Shown: positions 26,546-41,709, numbered from the stretch's first letter. The stretch: 64,000 nucleotides of DNA from Octopus vulgaris (GCA_951406725.2 OX597823.1:108810001-108874000); one strand, 5' to 3'. Made by a program: numbers and translations. The notes: generated by a model not told the origin, from the sequence alone.

Positions 26546-26975
26546 ATAATGCGGTTTTTTCAACAGCTTGAACTAAAAGTCAGAGGGGAATGGGATAAAC
26601 TACTTATATTAACTTGCTATAAAAGCAGGTAGTAATTTTATCTTGTCCTTATTCATAGTGCAAGTTTTGAAGAGTGCATTTCGATTTTAACAGCTATTTT
26701 TTTCAAAGCTATATTGGAACAGCCTAGAAGACGAGCCTCATCCTGAAAGATCTGTAGAAATCGACAAGGACATCCTGAAAACCCTGGTGGAACAAAATCT
26801 CATCGTAACTGTTGAGGAACTAGCAGAGAAGCTTGGATTTGGTCATTCAACCATTCATTGACACCTGTGTGCTATCGGAAAAGTCAGCAAATTGGGTCAA
26901 TGGGTTCCTCACGAACTTTCCGAGTCTAATTGCATGCAGAGAGTGAATGTATGCTTTTCTTTGCTGTCACATCTC
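26546..26975 (+). pseudogene. Mariner transposase fragment
   Basis: SLEDEPHPERSVEIDKDILKTLVEQN..TVEELAEKLGFGHSTIH*HLCAIGKVSKLGQWVPHELSE contains the exact WVPHEL motif. Confidence 0.9.
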
Positions 26976-26996
26976 ACCACTACTGCGCTATGTATA

Positions 26997-27633
26997 TCTA
27001 TATATATAAAACTGTAGTTGTGTGAGTGTCTGTCCCCTTCGAATTAGATTCCTAACTACTCCCACATTTTGCGGTGCAGTTTAACCAAATTCGGGTAGCT
27101 TATAGTCGTGATTCATATCGAGCCCGTCTGAGTATTAGCGCGCGTCTACGATGAGTCTACGATTTTAAAAATAATTTAACATCATTTTTTATTCCATTTT
27201 AATGCATAATTTTTCGTGTGTCGATGGCGGCGGAGTTGGCGTCCACGCTCACACCTGCACCTGTGGGGAAGGGAGTGTAAGGAAATCAACGTCGTAATGC
27301 GTTGTCAAGGAGACCAGCGTTCTTTTAGAACAACGACTTCATGGCTTGAAGACACCAAAACAGAAATGGCTTAGAAAGCGTCTACATGAGTCTACGATTT
27401 AAAAAAAAATTTACCATCGTTTTTTTTCCATTTTAATGCATTTTTTCGCTATAATATAAGGGAAGTAACTCTCTAAAAATGTCTACGATGAGTCAACGAT
27501 TTTTCAAAAAATTTACCATCATATTTTTTCCATTTTTAATGCATTTTTTGCTATTTTTTGGCTATAACTCTCTAAAAATGCTTATATAGTTATTTCCCTT
27601 ACAAACCCGAGCAACGCCGGGCGATACTGCTAG
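26997..27633 (+). mobile_element. Non-autonomous Helitron, copy 3 (longest)
   Basis: Same family as 20642 and 21159; A^TC...CTAG^T. Confidence 0.9.
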
Positions 27634-27640
27634 TATATAA

Positions 27641-28411
27641 TAAAAGGGTAAATAATTTTTTCGATGGTTATTCAGACAACCAACAATTATTTACCGGTAG
27701 ATTTCGGTATGTAAATATGACCTTTAGCGTCGGGAACTTCTGGGGAGTTCAGTATATATAGTATATAAGTAAAAGGGCAGGCAACAGGTTGCTCTGCCGC
27801 ATACCGAAAGAATTAGAAATAGCAGTCAGAGACTGTTTATTTCCATTTTCTACAAGTGGGGGTTCCATATACGACATAACCCTGCAATACACATACGCAA
27901 AATAGGAGGAGGAAATAAACGAAAACAATGCCTTACCGTTAATGGTGAACATGTTTCTAGATCGTAGGCGAGAAATTGCCTTATGTCTTTCTTCAGCACC
28001 ATCTTCGTTAGATTTATCACATGCCACCAGCCTCCACCTTTGGCCAGGCGTCATCAAATAGTGGGGGTAAAGTGAGCATAGGCTAAAACTAAGTAGACGA
28101 TTGAAACCGTAAATTTTCCCTCCAAAATTCTGCCATGCGCACCACCGAGATAGTCGTAATGGAGTAAGAAATCCAATTAGTAATATACTAAAAGGGTAAG
28201 TAATTTTTTCGATGGTTTTTCAGACAACCAACAATTATTTACCGGTAGATTTCGGTATGTAAATATGACCTTTAGCGTCGGGAACTTTTGTGGAGTTCAG
28301 TATATATAGTATATAAGTAAAAGGGGCAGGCAACAAGTTGCTCTGCCGCATACCGAAAGAATTAGAAATAGCAGTCAGTGACTGTTTATTTCCATTTACT
28401 ACAAGTGAGGG
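27641..28411. mobile_element. Unclassified element with ~220-bp direct repeats (27641-27862 and 28189-28411)
   Basis: Two near-identical direct repeats around a ~325-bp unique core. Confidence 0.6.
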
Positions 28412-28511
28412 CTTGTAAATTATTTACTTATATATATATATATGTGTATGCATGCATTTATATATATATATGTATTTAATATATGTATGTATTTATTCAT
28501 ATATATGTACG

Positions 28512-28557
<46 letters not shown>

Positions 28558-29019
28558 TAGGATCCTTTGTAGAAGAACATAAATCCGGAGGAGACGCACG
28601 CTGTAAGATGTAGAGTAGCAAATATTATGCATATATATATATTATATATACATATATACATACATACATACATACATACATACATACATACATACATACA
28701 TACATACATACATACAAATATATAATACGCCATAGGACCTCCACAACATAGAAGCATAGAGGACAGAAGTCAAGGAAGGATATAAAGCAAGTTGCAACGA
28801 TGTAATGAGATCTTTCCACAATATGTTAACACCGTTCTACACCGCCATAGATGCTGTCATTAACATTTCCAATTGCCCTGTTTCATTAACGATTAAACAT
28901 GCCTTGTCTTCAATACACTGACTTGGTTTACTGATTTATTAGATTTTTAAGGAAACTGTGTATATCAGTGTATGTTCCTATGTATTAATATATATAGCTG
29001 TATGTGATGTTTGTTCCTT

Positions 29020-29402
<383 letters not shown>

Positions 29403-29799
29403 TTTGTGATTATATATGCACCTATATGTATGTATCAGTTATGTGTTTATATATATATGTGTCAGTATATGTTGGACAGGTATTGATGTGTATATAGTTA
29501 AACATGTATAAGAGTGTATAATTATTTATGTGTATGTTTATTCATTTCTCGATGTATAGAGAAATGGATAGTTAGATGAATGTTTCAAGTACAGGTAAAA
29601 ATTCATACTCCTATATATTTATACACCTGTACATTTCTACATATTTATGTATGTATATTTGCATTTATGTAAATTACAGGTGTGCAAAGATACATACCTA
29701 CTCATACTCACACACTTATTCACACGTAAACCTATGTATGTGTGTGTGCGAGCATATGTGTATGTATATGTGTGTGTGTGTCTGTGTGCGTGTGTGTGA

Positions 29800-29833
<34 letters not shown>

Positions 29834-30172
29834 CTGAATGAGAAGAGAGTGAGAACAGACGTTTTGTATAATTGTGAAAGTAAAAGAGTATAGAGGCAGG
29901 CGTAAATAAACACACAGGCATTTGTATTTGGACTTGAGTATGTGTAAACATATACACACATACATATGTCAAATATAGCATTTTATATAAATAAATAAAT
30001 ATATATATAAATAAACAACATAGAAGCATAGAGGACGGAAGTATATATACATATAGACATACGTGTGTGCATATATACGTACATATATATATGCGTATAT
30101 ATCTATATATCTATAACTATATATATATATATATATATACACATATAAATACACACACACACACACATGTAT

Positions 30173-30265
<93 letters not shown>

Positions 30266-31242
30266 AGTATGTATATATACACTCACACAAACTTATTTAC
30301 ATACTCCGATAGTGTGTACACATATATAAATAACAAATGTGTCTATATGTAAAAAGTATTTAAACATACATACACGTACATTTATACACACACATACACA
30401 CACACACACACTCATATATATATACATGCATACTCATAAATGTATAGATATGCATACAAATATTCATAGATACATACTTAGTAATAAGCCTTTGTGTATG
30501 TATGTATTTACATATGTATGTATGCCTGTACGTATATATGTATGTATATATATATATATAAATATATACATACCCGCACACATATATACATACATATATG
30601 TGTGCTTATATATATACACTCGCGCGCACATACACACACTCATATATTTACCTGTTGGTTGTTAACAAGTACGTTGGTGTAGAGACGGTGTTACTGTAAG
30701 TGTTGTTTATCTGATTGTACTTTCGAATCTACCAATCTCACTTTTGTCATTCAAGCTAATATTATACCAATTTTTTTGTTCTCTTATTTATTTGTTAATT
30801 CCTTCAACTTGTCTGGAAAGTAATTTTACTTCGAAATAAAGACAACCAACGAAACGTCGATTTTGTAAATTTCTGCATGTTCTTTTAATTACGAGTTGGA
30901 AATGTATGTACTGTTGACATACTTACTGAAATTGTCTCTGTGTGTCTCTGTGTGCATCGGGATATACATGAATGCATGCAAGCATATATACGGATATGAC
31001 TAGATAAATGCATACGTGTACGTAGATGTGTAAGTATGTAGGTGTGTCCTTTTTTTTAAGTATTTGAATTCCTATTTGGTTGAAGTTGGTTTCTGACATA
31101 CATAAGGCCATGAAAACAAAGTTTCCCTTGTTTATCACATGCTTTGAGGGTCAATCCTGCGACAAAAATTCTGGAGAGGATTTGTTCTATCATAGCCATA
31201 GATTCGCAAATTAAAATTGACACGTGCAAGCCTCACACTTTT

Positions 31243-31244
<2 letters not shown>

Positions 31245-31274
<30 letters not shown>

Positions 31275-31634
31275 CATACATACATACATACATACATACA
31301 TACATACATGCATGCATGCATGCATACATACATACATACATACATACATGCATACATACAAGCATGCATGCATACATACATACATACATACATACATACA
31401 TACATACATACATACATGCATGCATACATACATACATACATACATACATACATACATACATACATACATGCATGCATACATACAAGCATGCATGCATACA
31501 TACATACATACATACATACATACATACATACATACATACACACATACATACATACATACAAACATACATACATACATACATACATGCATACATGCATACA
31601 TACAAGCATGCATGCATACATACATACATACATA
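31245..31634. repeat. (CATA)n array with CATG/CAAG variants
   Basis: Directly visible. Confidence 0.95.
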
Positions 31635-32079
31635 GTCGACAGGTTTCGTTTCTGCTAATCATGACTAAGTAGATAGCAATAATATTACAATTTTATGCAA
31701 TCATAATAAGTCTTCATTCAATGTTAAAAGGAGATGAATGACAAGTGTGTGGGATCGAATCCGGGAGCATTTATGCAGATGATGGTAGAAAGGAAATTAA
31801 GAGAGCGTTCAACATGTAGAGGTTAAATATTCCAATTAACAGTTCGTTGCTGAAATCTAGATTACTCGAAGTTTTACAAACGCTAAAATCTATTTGACCC
31901 ACCCTTTGAAATTTCTCGCTGTGAGCTGCATGTGATGTCTCGGGGTACTGTCTATCTGAGCGAAAATCTTATAATTTTGATATGATCCAGTTGTTAATCC
32001 CACTCACGTTATTTACATATTTCTTGTTACTTCCCCACTGAGTTACGTACATTCTCATAAAATCTTGTTTTTGTTTGAT

Positions 32080-32231
32080 AGGCGCAGGAGTGGCTGTGTG
32101 GTAAGTAGCTTGCTTACGAACCACATGGTTCCGGGTTCAGTCCCACTGCTTAGCACCTTGGACAAATGTCTTCTACTATAGCCTTGGGCCAACTAAAGCC
32201 TTGGTAGGCGGATACTGAAAGAAGCACGTCG

Positions 32232-32268
<37 letters not shown>

Positions 32269-32482
32269 ATGTGTGTGTGTATATGTTTGTGTATCTGTGT
32301 GTGTGTCCCCCCCCCCACATCGCTTGACAACCGATGCAGTTGTGTTTAGGACCCGTAACTTAGCGGTTCGACAAAAGAGACCGATAGACTTGGCTTACAA
32401 CGAATAAGTGCGGGGGTGGATTTGCACGACTCCAGCATGGCCATAGTCAAATGACTGAAACAAGTAAAGTGAGTATAAAGAG
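32080..32482 (+). mobile_element. SINE family A
   Basis: Family A match with deletions. Confidence 0.88.
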
Positions 32483-32684
32483 CAAATAAGGGACAGGTAC
32501 GTCATATATGAACCTTTTATAGAGAACAGAAGAACGATGCCATCAAGTTGTTTGGACGGAAATATTCTGAGGATGCATCCATCTGCACGCATGTACACAC
32601 ACAGACACACACACACACACAGACAAACATATATGTATAGGTGTATGTACTGATTGCTATCTACAGGCCTTCCTAAACAAGTAA

Positions 32685-33200
32685 GATTGAAGCCGTTGAT
32701 GGATGAATAGCGTAAGTCAATAACTGTAAATAAGATATTACAAGGGAGAGAATATGAGAGGTTTGACGATCAAGGAATGAAGGACTGGTTGTAACGATTT
32801 CGACGGTAGGAAGAACGGTAGGAGAACAGGAAACGAGTGGAACGAAAATAATTGAGTGTATGTGGCATGAGTTAGCTCCAAAGACAAAGATCCATTATAA
32901 TGGAGGTGAGAAAATCTGTCAGAGGCGCCAGAATGTTTCTGGTTGAGAGGTTGGAGCGAGCCTGTTAAAGATTTTGTGCCAGGCAGACGAGTAGCTCTTT
33001 TCTGAAAAATGGTCTTCGATGCTTATGTGTACAGTAGCAGCAAAGTCCAAGATGTTACAGCACCTCTCCATTGTGTTCCTCATATGTGCTTTGTGAAGTA
33101 TCAATCACTGTTGGGGGACGAAGTATTTTCTGAGACTGAAAAGAAATGTCAGTCATTGGGTTAGGGCTAACAAGAATAACGGAATAAAAGAATACATGAA
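32685..33200 (-). pseudogene. LINE ORF2 C-terminal remnant (Jockey/CR1-group)
   Basis: KAHMRNTMERCCNILD..QKRATRL..SLQPL..YNQSFIP resembles YKAQIRPTMEYCSHIW..QKRAIRL..LQPL..SFIPRT. Confidence 0.7.
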
Positions 33201-33593
33201 CTAAATTCTGACACAAACATAGAGAAAAACAGAAAAACAAGAGTAAATTTTTTTTGCGTTCTATAGCTATCAGTTGGCTGTAATAACAGGAACTACGACA
33301 GATGGCCTATAGAATAGGTATTCTTTCTGACGTATTTTTTGAAGATGGAGTTGGACCATCTTTTGAATTGCTTGGATACAACAATTCTAAGTGAATTAAG
33401 TTTCCCGAATTAAGTGGAAATTACTGGCTTCCTTTCAAGCAATACCTACAAAATATAGTGGATTCGATGAATTTCATTTCTTTTATACATTAATAGACTC
33501 GGATTTAGCTGCGGACTGGTGCTTGCTTGTAAATATGTATGTGAGTATATATATATATATGCATTTACATACACACATTTGTATATATACTCA

Positions 33594-33739
<146 letters not shown>

Positions 33740-35394
33740 GTGCGTGTGTGTGTATATTTATGTGCACATGTGCGTCTGTTTGTGTATACGTATGTATTTA
33801 TACGCATGTATGTATATACATAGCATATAGTGTAAATATATATTATGTATATCTATCTATCTATCTATCTATATATATATATACATATATAGAGAGAGAG
33901 AGAGAGAAAGAGAGAGAGAGGGAGGGAGAGAGATGTGTACACATATATGAATAAATATATGCTTATACACACATACATACATAAATATTTATACACACAC
34001 ACACGCCCACCTCACATATATATCTTTGTTCTGCTTCTCCGTAGTACAACACATAAAAATGCACACTACTTCTTACACGTGCTAGAAATGTGTTGAGTCT
34101 AACTTAATTGTCTGATATTTCTATGTGTATGCCTACCTATATATATACCGTAAGAAATCAAAAGAAATAATATTTACAAACGCATGACCCAAATACTGAC
34201 GCAAATATAGAAACATACACACTTATATATGTTATCTCACACATATATACACATATAGTTATTTTCAGTAATTTGCTGTCTGTTGTGTTTTAAATTTAAT
34301 CCTGATACAATACTTTTCTGAATATCATTTATTATACATCCAGCTGTTATTTTTTCTCTGCCGCTTTTCTTGCTAAATCCACTATTCTTCTTGAGAAAGA
34401 GAGATTATAGAAAGGTTGTTAGATGCTTTGGAATTATTTTTTGAAAATGTCAAGATAATTAAAGCAAACTAAAATATCAAATATTTTATAATTAAAGACA
34501 TCCTCCTACCTCTTAAAATAACAAATCGTTCAAAAATTTTTTTGTAAATTCGTAATGATTTTTCAAATGCTACTTCGGTATAAGAGAGCCTAATTAGAGA
34601 CAAAGTCAGCTGGACGTTTTTCCAACAATTTTTAAAACGTGTAACAATTATTTCCATCTGATAATTATTGAAATATTTCCATAGAAATAAGGAAAAACTT
34701 TAAGATATTGTGTTGTTCGGAATAATTGTCATACAACATACAATTTAGTATGTTTGTTGGTTCTAGTTTGATTTTCACTGCAGAATTGATAAAATATCAT
34801 TACAGGCTTCACACCATTGTGCTTAACGGCATGAAGATAATCATGGCTGGATAGTTAACCCGTAAGCTTCACAACAATGTCTTCAGCTCAACTTTCTTGA
34901 ACTGTTCCTTAAACAAGTGTCTTCTAATAACCAGAAACCTGCTGAGTGAAAGTTGGTACATGGAAACTGTGTGGAAGCTTGTCTTTGAATGGTAGGATTA
35001 ATCAGTAATTAAGTTTAACACCAACACTTGTACCTTGCTTGTTTGTAATGAGACCCACTCTGTTGCAAGTTTTCGGACCAAGTCTCCGATAGGAAAAATC
35101 TTTCACAATCTTGAAACCTTGTCATGGACGCTGCCGTTTCAGTTCTGACTAAGGATTGAAAATAGGAAAAAAAAATATTCTAAACGCCCATCTTATTTTT
35201 TAAATATTGAAGTAGATCGAGATAAGAAGACTCTACGTGGACACTAAAACTGTCAGAAACAGCAAGTAAATCTTCCTTAATACCATATTTAAAAGAAAGC
35301 GTCATACTGGCTAATGGAGTTCTGGATATGCACGAGAGATGAACATTGAATAAAATGTCTCCCTTACACCCAAGTCAGAAAGAAATATCAGTAA

Positions 35395-35695
35395 TTGGAT
35401 GGAACTATGGTTGGTTAGGCTATAGATGTCTGAAATAAGATGGAATTATGGTTTACCTATTGGTCGTCTGCAATAGGGTAGAAACTGTGGTCGTCTTATA
35501 TATTATCTGTTATAGGATGGAACTACGTTTCTTCTAAAGGGTATCTATAATGTGATGTAACTACGACAGATTGTCCTATAGAAAATTTATTCTAAGATGA
35601 AACTATGATCGGCTTACATTATCTGCAGTAGAATGGAACTATGGTTAGCCTATAGGTTATCTGCTGTTGGGACAAATAATGGTTGGCCTGGGATA
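35395..35695. repeat. Degenerate ~38-bp minisatellite (GATGGAACTATGGT...TATCTG..ATA, ~7 units)
   Basis: GATGGAACTATG-like motif recurs at 35-44 bp spacing. Confidence 0.7.
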
Positions 35696-36794
35696 AAGCA
35701 ATTAGCATTCATATAAATTAGATGGCTTCAAACGATTTTGACCTCTTATATTGACAAAACCTGGTCTTGTGTGTTCACCGACATAAAGTCAGTAGTTAAC
35801 TATGTTGGAATCCACCCACACGAAGTTATATCTGCTTCTTCTATACACACAAATTTCCGTTTCAAAATATTCGTATTGAATTAAAATGGCCCATTATGAT
35901 TTTATGCAAGGACTTCTTAGAAAGTTACAAATCAAATTGCAAATTGATAATGAAAAGGTTAGTTAATTTATTCAATTTCTTCAAACTTTTTATTATCATC
36001 AAAATTAAATGAAATGCTTTGACAGTATATGCCATTGAAAATATGGTAACAAAAGGGTTACAATAGAGACAGAAATTTACAACGATAATAAAAAAAAAAC
36101 CATGTTTTATAAGGCTATGATTCAGACATACAACATGCAGCCTCACAGCCTACAATCCAGATAGACTTCGATGAATATGAAGTTTAATCTATCTACGGGG
36201 AAAACAGTTGACAATTTAATGATCTGAACTAGTCACAGCCGTATGTCCATGAGTTCAATCCATTTTATAGCCAATAAAGTACTCAGCATGACGAAAGTAA
36301 TGGTTGTTGAGTTGGCAAAAAAACGTTCTCTCCTCATGTTATGACGATACTTTTAATGTAATACAATTAATGTTGAAAAGAACCACCAATTTGAGGGTAC
36401 TTAGTAATGTAATTAGTTTTGGAATAATTAAACTAGTGTTCAGAATTTATTATATATAAAAAATAAAACGGTTCTTGCACACACATGCACACATTCACAC
36501 GCAAAACACACACAAACACATTTGTGAATGAGTGTAGTTTATGCTTAACATCCAGAGACATGCACAAGTCCATATACATGCTGAAAAAACTGATAAGGAA
36601 ATCAAATCTGATTAAAATAAAGTGTTTGTGTGTGTGTGTGTGTGTATGTGTGTCTGTGTATTTGTGTATGCGTGAGTATGTGTATGTACCATGTGTCTGT
36701 TGTGAAAGAGGGAGAGAGGAGGAGGTATTAAATCTAACCCGTTTATATAGCTACTTGCATATACACGTATGTATGTATGTATGTGTGTGTATAT

Positions 36795-36889
<95 letters not shown>

Positions 36890-37564
36890 TATAGACACAC
36901 ACTCTATGTATGTATGAATGTAATGTAGAAACAAACATAATTCTAACTTCTAAGGTGTATACGTAAAGGCCATAATGTGTGTAATACGTTCCTCTGACAG
37001 TTTTCAGTTCACGAGAGGTAATAATGCGCTACTTTGCCTAAACACTTAAGCCAATCAACAAACAATCACAAATGTAGTAAAGATTTAATAAATAACTTTC
37101 CTCAACGTTGCAAGTTGGTTCTGGTAATTTTCGACACTTTTATTTATTTATATTTGTTTTTGTTTTTGTTGTTGTCGTTGTTGTTATTGTTGTTGTTAAT
37201 ATCCTTTAGATGTTTGTTAAGAGACCTAATATTAAAGGAAAGTGTTTAAATTCCACGACAGGCAACAGAAAGAACGGAATTAATATTAACCAATCAAGAA
37301 GCAATCTAAGAGACTTATTAACGAAGGATTTTGAATGGCGATGTTGTCGACGGCGTTGGTGCTGATGAGGGACAGTATAACAATAATGTATCTTCAATGA
37401 AAATAAAATAAATGGGGAGGTATATTAATTATAAGTACTTCGTAAGTAGACATCAGTGGAAACTGTGGACGTGTATTTGTGCGTATGTATATAGGTGTGC
37501 GAGCGTGACTGTAAATATGTATGTGGATACACACACGATATAAAGTTTTTATATACATGCACAC

Positions 37565-37604
<40 letters not shown>

Positions 37605-37627
37605 GCATTAATACTCACACACATATG

Positions 37628-37660
<33 letters not shown>

Positions 37661-38659
37661 TTGCTAGAGCTAATATAATTTGTTACAACAATTTCTAACT
37701 AGCTGTAATCAACTGAGGCCTGAAACAAGGACCTTTGCTTATAATAGCTTCATCACCACCATCGCTCCATCACCTTCACCGTGAGGTCAGATAGCAGTCT
37801 CACTTTGTTGACTTCTTTCACCAAAGAGTTACTTTGATCAACTCACATACAACAAATATGGATTCTCTGATTGACATTCATGTTGATAAGTTGATAGAAG
37901 TTTTGTCACAATTTGCTAGAACTGCAAAACTACGTTGACAAACAACATAGGCTTTGAGTTTTAATTCCATCTATTCTTACCCCTTAATCAAGGTTTCGTT
38001 TTGTTCTTTGGTTATATTAACTGACCGCTGGGCATCAAAAGAAATTTATGGCCCATTTTTATGTTACTAATTACTCTTTCTTTCATGCACACTCATTCCT
38101 CTCCCTCATACAACACAAGCACCCTCCTACTTATATGATAAATGCTGATACAGCGATCCCCTCGGCACCTCAGTTTTTCAACACATCGGCCCATCGGTCC
38201 ATCGGTACCTGATCATAATTCCCATCAGCGTCACCACACACCACCGCAGCATACCATCAGACCCAAACCACCACCACCACAATCATTTCCACTGTCTCCA
38301 TTATCACTACCTCATTAACACAACTATCGCCCACACTGCTGCCATGAACAGCTCTACTGCACACCATTAGCTGCTACATAAACCACCAGGTACATCACCA
38401 CCTCCATCACCACAGGCGTTGATTTATCCTTCTCTTACCACTACTCCTTCTTACATCTTTACTTATTACACTCCCACTACCACAACCGCAACCACATCAC
38501 ATTCTCATACTATCAACCGTCGTGGTGGCCACATTCACGTCAATATAAACCACAAATATTACGACCACGACGACAACTTTCTCACAACCGTAACTGACAC
38601 CACGACTAACACCCATACAAAACTATCACCTCTTCTACCACCGCCGTCACAAAAACTTC

Positions 38660-38904
38660 TTTCATCACCATCATCACCATCATCACCAGCACCAGCACCA
38701 CCACCACCACCACGACTGTAGGTATTACCGCTACCACCGCTGCCACCACAACCACTTTCCCTACCAACACCATCAATATGATCAGTCGCTACCACTGTCA
38801 TCATCAACATCACTACGATCACCGCCATCACGACCAGCATCATCATTACCATCATCATCATCATCATCATCATAATCACCACCACCACCACCACCACCAC
38901 CACC

Positions 38905-38950
<46 letters not shown>

Positions 38951-38971
38951 CCATCAACATCATCATCATCG

Positions 38972-39007
<36 letters not shown>

Positions 39008-39012
39008 CCACC

Positions 39013-39046
<34 letters not shown>

Positions 39047-39275
39047 TCATCACCACCAACCACAAAACCATCACTATCACAACCAGTAATGCAAAGAACA
39101 CCCACCCTATTGTCCATAATTATCATTCCAACTAGAAAGTATCCTCCTCCTCCTCCTCTTCCTCCTCTTACTACTATTACTACCACCACCACCACCACCA
39201 CCATTCTCAACCACCCCCACAACCACAACTACCACCACCACCACCACCACCACCACCACCACCACCACCACCACC

Positions 39276-39306
<31 letters not shown>

Positions 39307-40270
39307 TGACAGCGACCATCATTACTACAGCTACCACCACAACTACCACCAATTTTACCAACTCCACAACAATGACATCATCATCAACAACAACAACAAC
39401 CAATAACTTCCTCTGGAGCTAATTATGAAAATTCTGCGTCCTCACCTGAATCTGTTCGCATTTTTAATGAAGACGATGATGATGATGATGATGATGATGA
39501 CTGAGGTTGTTGTGATGACAATGGGAATGATGGTGGTGATGATGATGATGATGAGGATGGTGGTGGTGGTGGTGATGATGGCTATGATGATGGTGTTAGT
39601 GGTACAAAAGGAAATTGTGGTAACGGTGTCGACGAAGGTGGTGATGATGATGATGAGGGTGGTGGCGGTGGTGGTGTTGGTGATGGTGGTGGTGGTGGTG
39701 ATGATGATGATGGTGATGATGAGGGTGGTAGTGGTGGTGGTGGTGGTAGTGAGGGAGGTGGTGGCCATAATGATGAGGGTAGTGGTGGTGGTGGTGGTGA
39801 TGATGATGATGGTGATGATGAGGGTGGTGGTGGTGGTGGTGATGATGATGATGATGATGATGGTAGTGGTAGTGGTGGTGGTGGTCATGATGATGAGGAG
39901 GGAGTGGTGGGAATGATGATGATGGTGGTGGTGGTGATGATGGTACCGTTGATCATGATGATGGTTATGATGATGGGGTTTGTGGTAGTGGTTCAGGAAA
40001 ATTTGTTAATATCACGGGACGTGTTGTTGTTGGTGGTAGCGATGGTGATGGTGTTGTTGTTGGTGGTGGTAGAGGTGATGATGATGATGTTGATGGCGGT
40101 GGTGTTAGTTGTAGTTATAGCGTTGTTGTTGGTGGTGGTGTTCCTGGTCGTGGCTGTAAGTGGTGGTGGTGGTAGTGGTGGTGGTGGTAGTAATGGCGGT
40201 GGTCGTGGCGGTAGTGATGATGTTAATGATGATGATGCTGCTGCTGCTGCTGATGATGATGATGTCGACG
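38660..40270. repeat. Large compound trinucleotide field (CAC/CAT, then GAT/GGT)
   Basis: Directly visible; polarity switches at about 39410-39470. Confidence 0.95.
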
Positions 40271-40632
40271 ACACTGATGGTGTTTATGCTGCTTAACCCC
40301 TAACTAAACTTGATTATGCAAACTTAAGATCAAAGCCATTCCAGCCGTGACCATCATGTTTCATACAAAAGTGCACCCAGGACTACATGTAATTTGAAAG
40401 AGATACGCTGGTCATATCAGGTAGGGAATTTGGGGTTCATGTTTCGATAATCAGCTACATCCATTTCATCTTGATTATGTCATTCATGCTTTCAGAGTAA
40501 AGCATGCCCATCACAACATCACAGCTCTTTCTCTTTCTCTGTCTGTCTGTCTTTCCCTCTCTCCCACAACATAAGTTTTTGTAATTGATACATTTCGCAA
40601 CTAAGATGAACTTGAGTACACAGTTGTTGTCG

Positions 40633-40666
<34 letters not shown>

Positions 40667-40670
40667 CGGC

Positions 40671-40970
40671 GAAGGCGCGTGGCTCAGCGGTTAGGGTATT
40701 CGGCTCACAATCGTGAAGTCTCAAGTTCGACTCCCGCTTTTATTTCACGTTGCTCCAGTCCACTCAGCCGGCATAAATAAGGACTGCCTGTATTTGAAAG
40801 GGCCGGCCTTGTCACATACTGTCTCACGCTGAATCTCCCTTAGACCTTATTATTAAGGGTACACGTGTCTGTGGTGTGGTCACCCAACTTGCACGTTGAT
40901 TTCCCTGGCAGGTTGTTCCCTTGATCGGATCATCTGGGACCCCCGTCGTTGTAAGCGACAGAGTGTCAGT
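40671..40970 (+). mobile_element. tRNA-derived CORE-type SINE (family C)
   Basis: A-box TGGCTCAGCGG, B-box AGTTCGACTCC and CORE-like CACGTTGCTCCAGTCCACTCAGC. Confidence 0.75.
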
Positions 40971-41408
40971 GCCAGTTGTTTTCGGGATTCCGCCCCCTTG
41001 ACACCCAGGTCACATTCCCAGCGCCGCTAGCCCTACAAAACATCACAAGCTTAGACCTCTTCTTGAAGCAAATTCAAAGCAACTGAATATTATGATTTTA
41101 TGTAACAATGTATTTTATAGTTCTCGGACACATCCGTTTGATTACCTAAAATGGCCATAGAATTTGAACCCGGTTCATCTGACTCTGTCTTTTTAAATTA
41201 TAATAAAGTGTAATTAGAATATTAAATGGAAATTAAAAATGAGTGAATTCAATATTAATCAGGTGAATGTATTGGTTCATTTGTTTAGATATGTTGACTC
41301 TTCTTTTGTTTGAGTATGTGGACTTGTGCTGGATATTAATAGTGTATACTTGTATTTCACTCAATAAGTATAAATTAAGGTGTGTATATTGTTTTTAAGG
41401 GCTGATAG

Positions 41409-41709
41409 TGGAGGCACATGGCCTAGTGGTTAGAGCAGCGGACTCGCGGTCGAGGGATTGCGGGTTCGAATCTCAGACCGGGTGATGTGTGTGTTTATGA
41501 GCGAAACACATAAGCACCATGCAGCTCCAGCAGAAGGCAATGGCAGACGTCTGCTGACTCTTTCACCACAACTTTCTCTCACTTTTTCCTCTTGCATCTT
41601 GCAGCTCACCTGCGACGGATCGGCGTCCCATCCAGGTGGGTAACCCATACGTCAAGGAAACCGAGAAATCGGCCCTTATGAGCCATGCGTGGCTCGAGAA
41701 GGAACAAGC
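41409..41709 (+). mobile_element. tRNA-derived SINE family D with TSD
   Basis: A-box TGGCCTAGTGG, B-box GGTTCGAATCT; 12-bp TSD AAGGGCTGATAG at 41397-41408 and 41710-41721. Confidence 0.9.

Noticed and set aside
35395-35695. CRISPR-like periodicity
   Set aside because: Units are degenerate throughout with no identical repeats or unique spacers; the context is eukaryotic and there are no cas genes.
37210-37365. 51-aa ORF after an acceptor-like TTTAG
   Set aside because: No recognisable homology, and the pyrimidine tract is a TTG microsatellite.
38778-39406. Poly-His ORFs suggesting a metal-binding protein
   Set aside because: Several frames and both strands are open for the same reason (CAC/CAT repeats); there is no unique coding content.
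41409-41485. tRNA-like sequence with A and B boxes
   Set aside because: It is a SINE head: it continues into a SINE body flanked by a TSD and lacks a complete acceptor stem.
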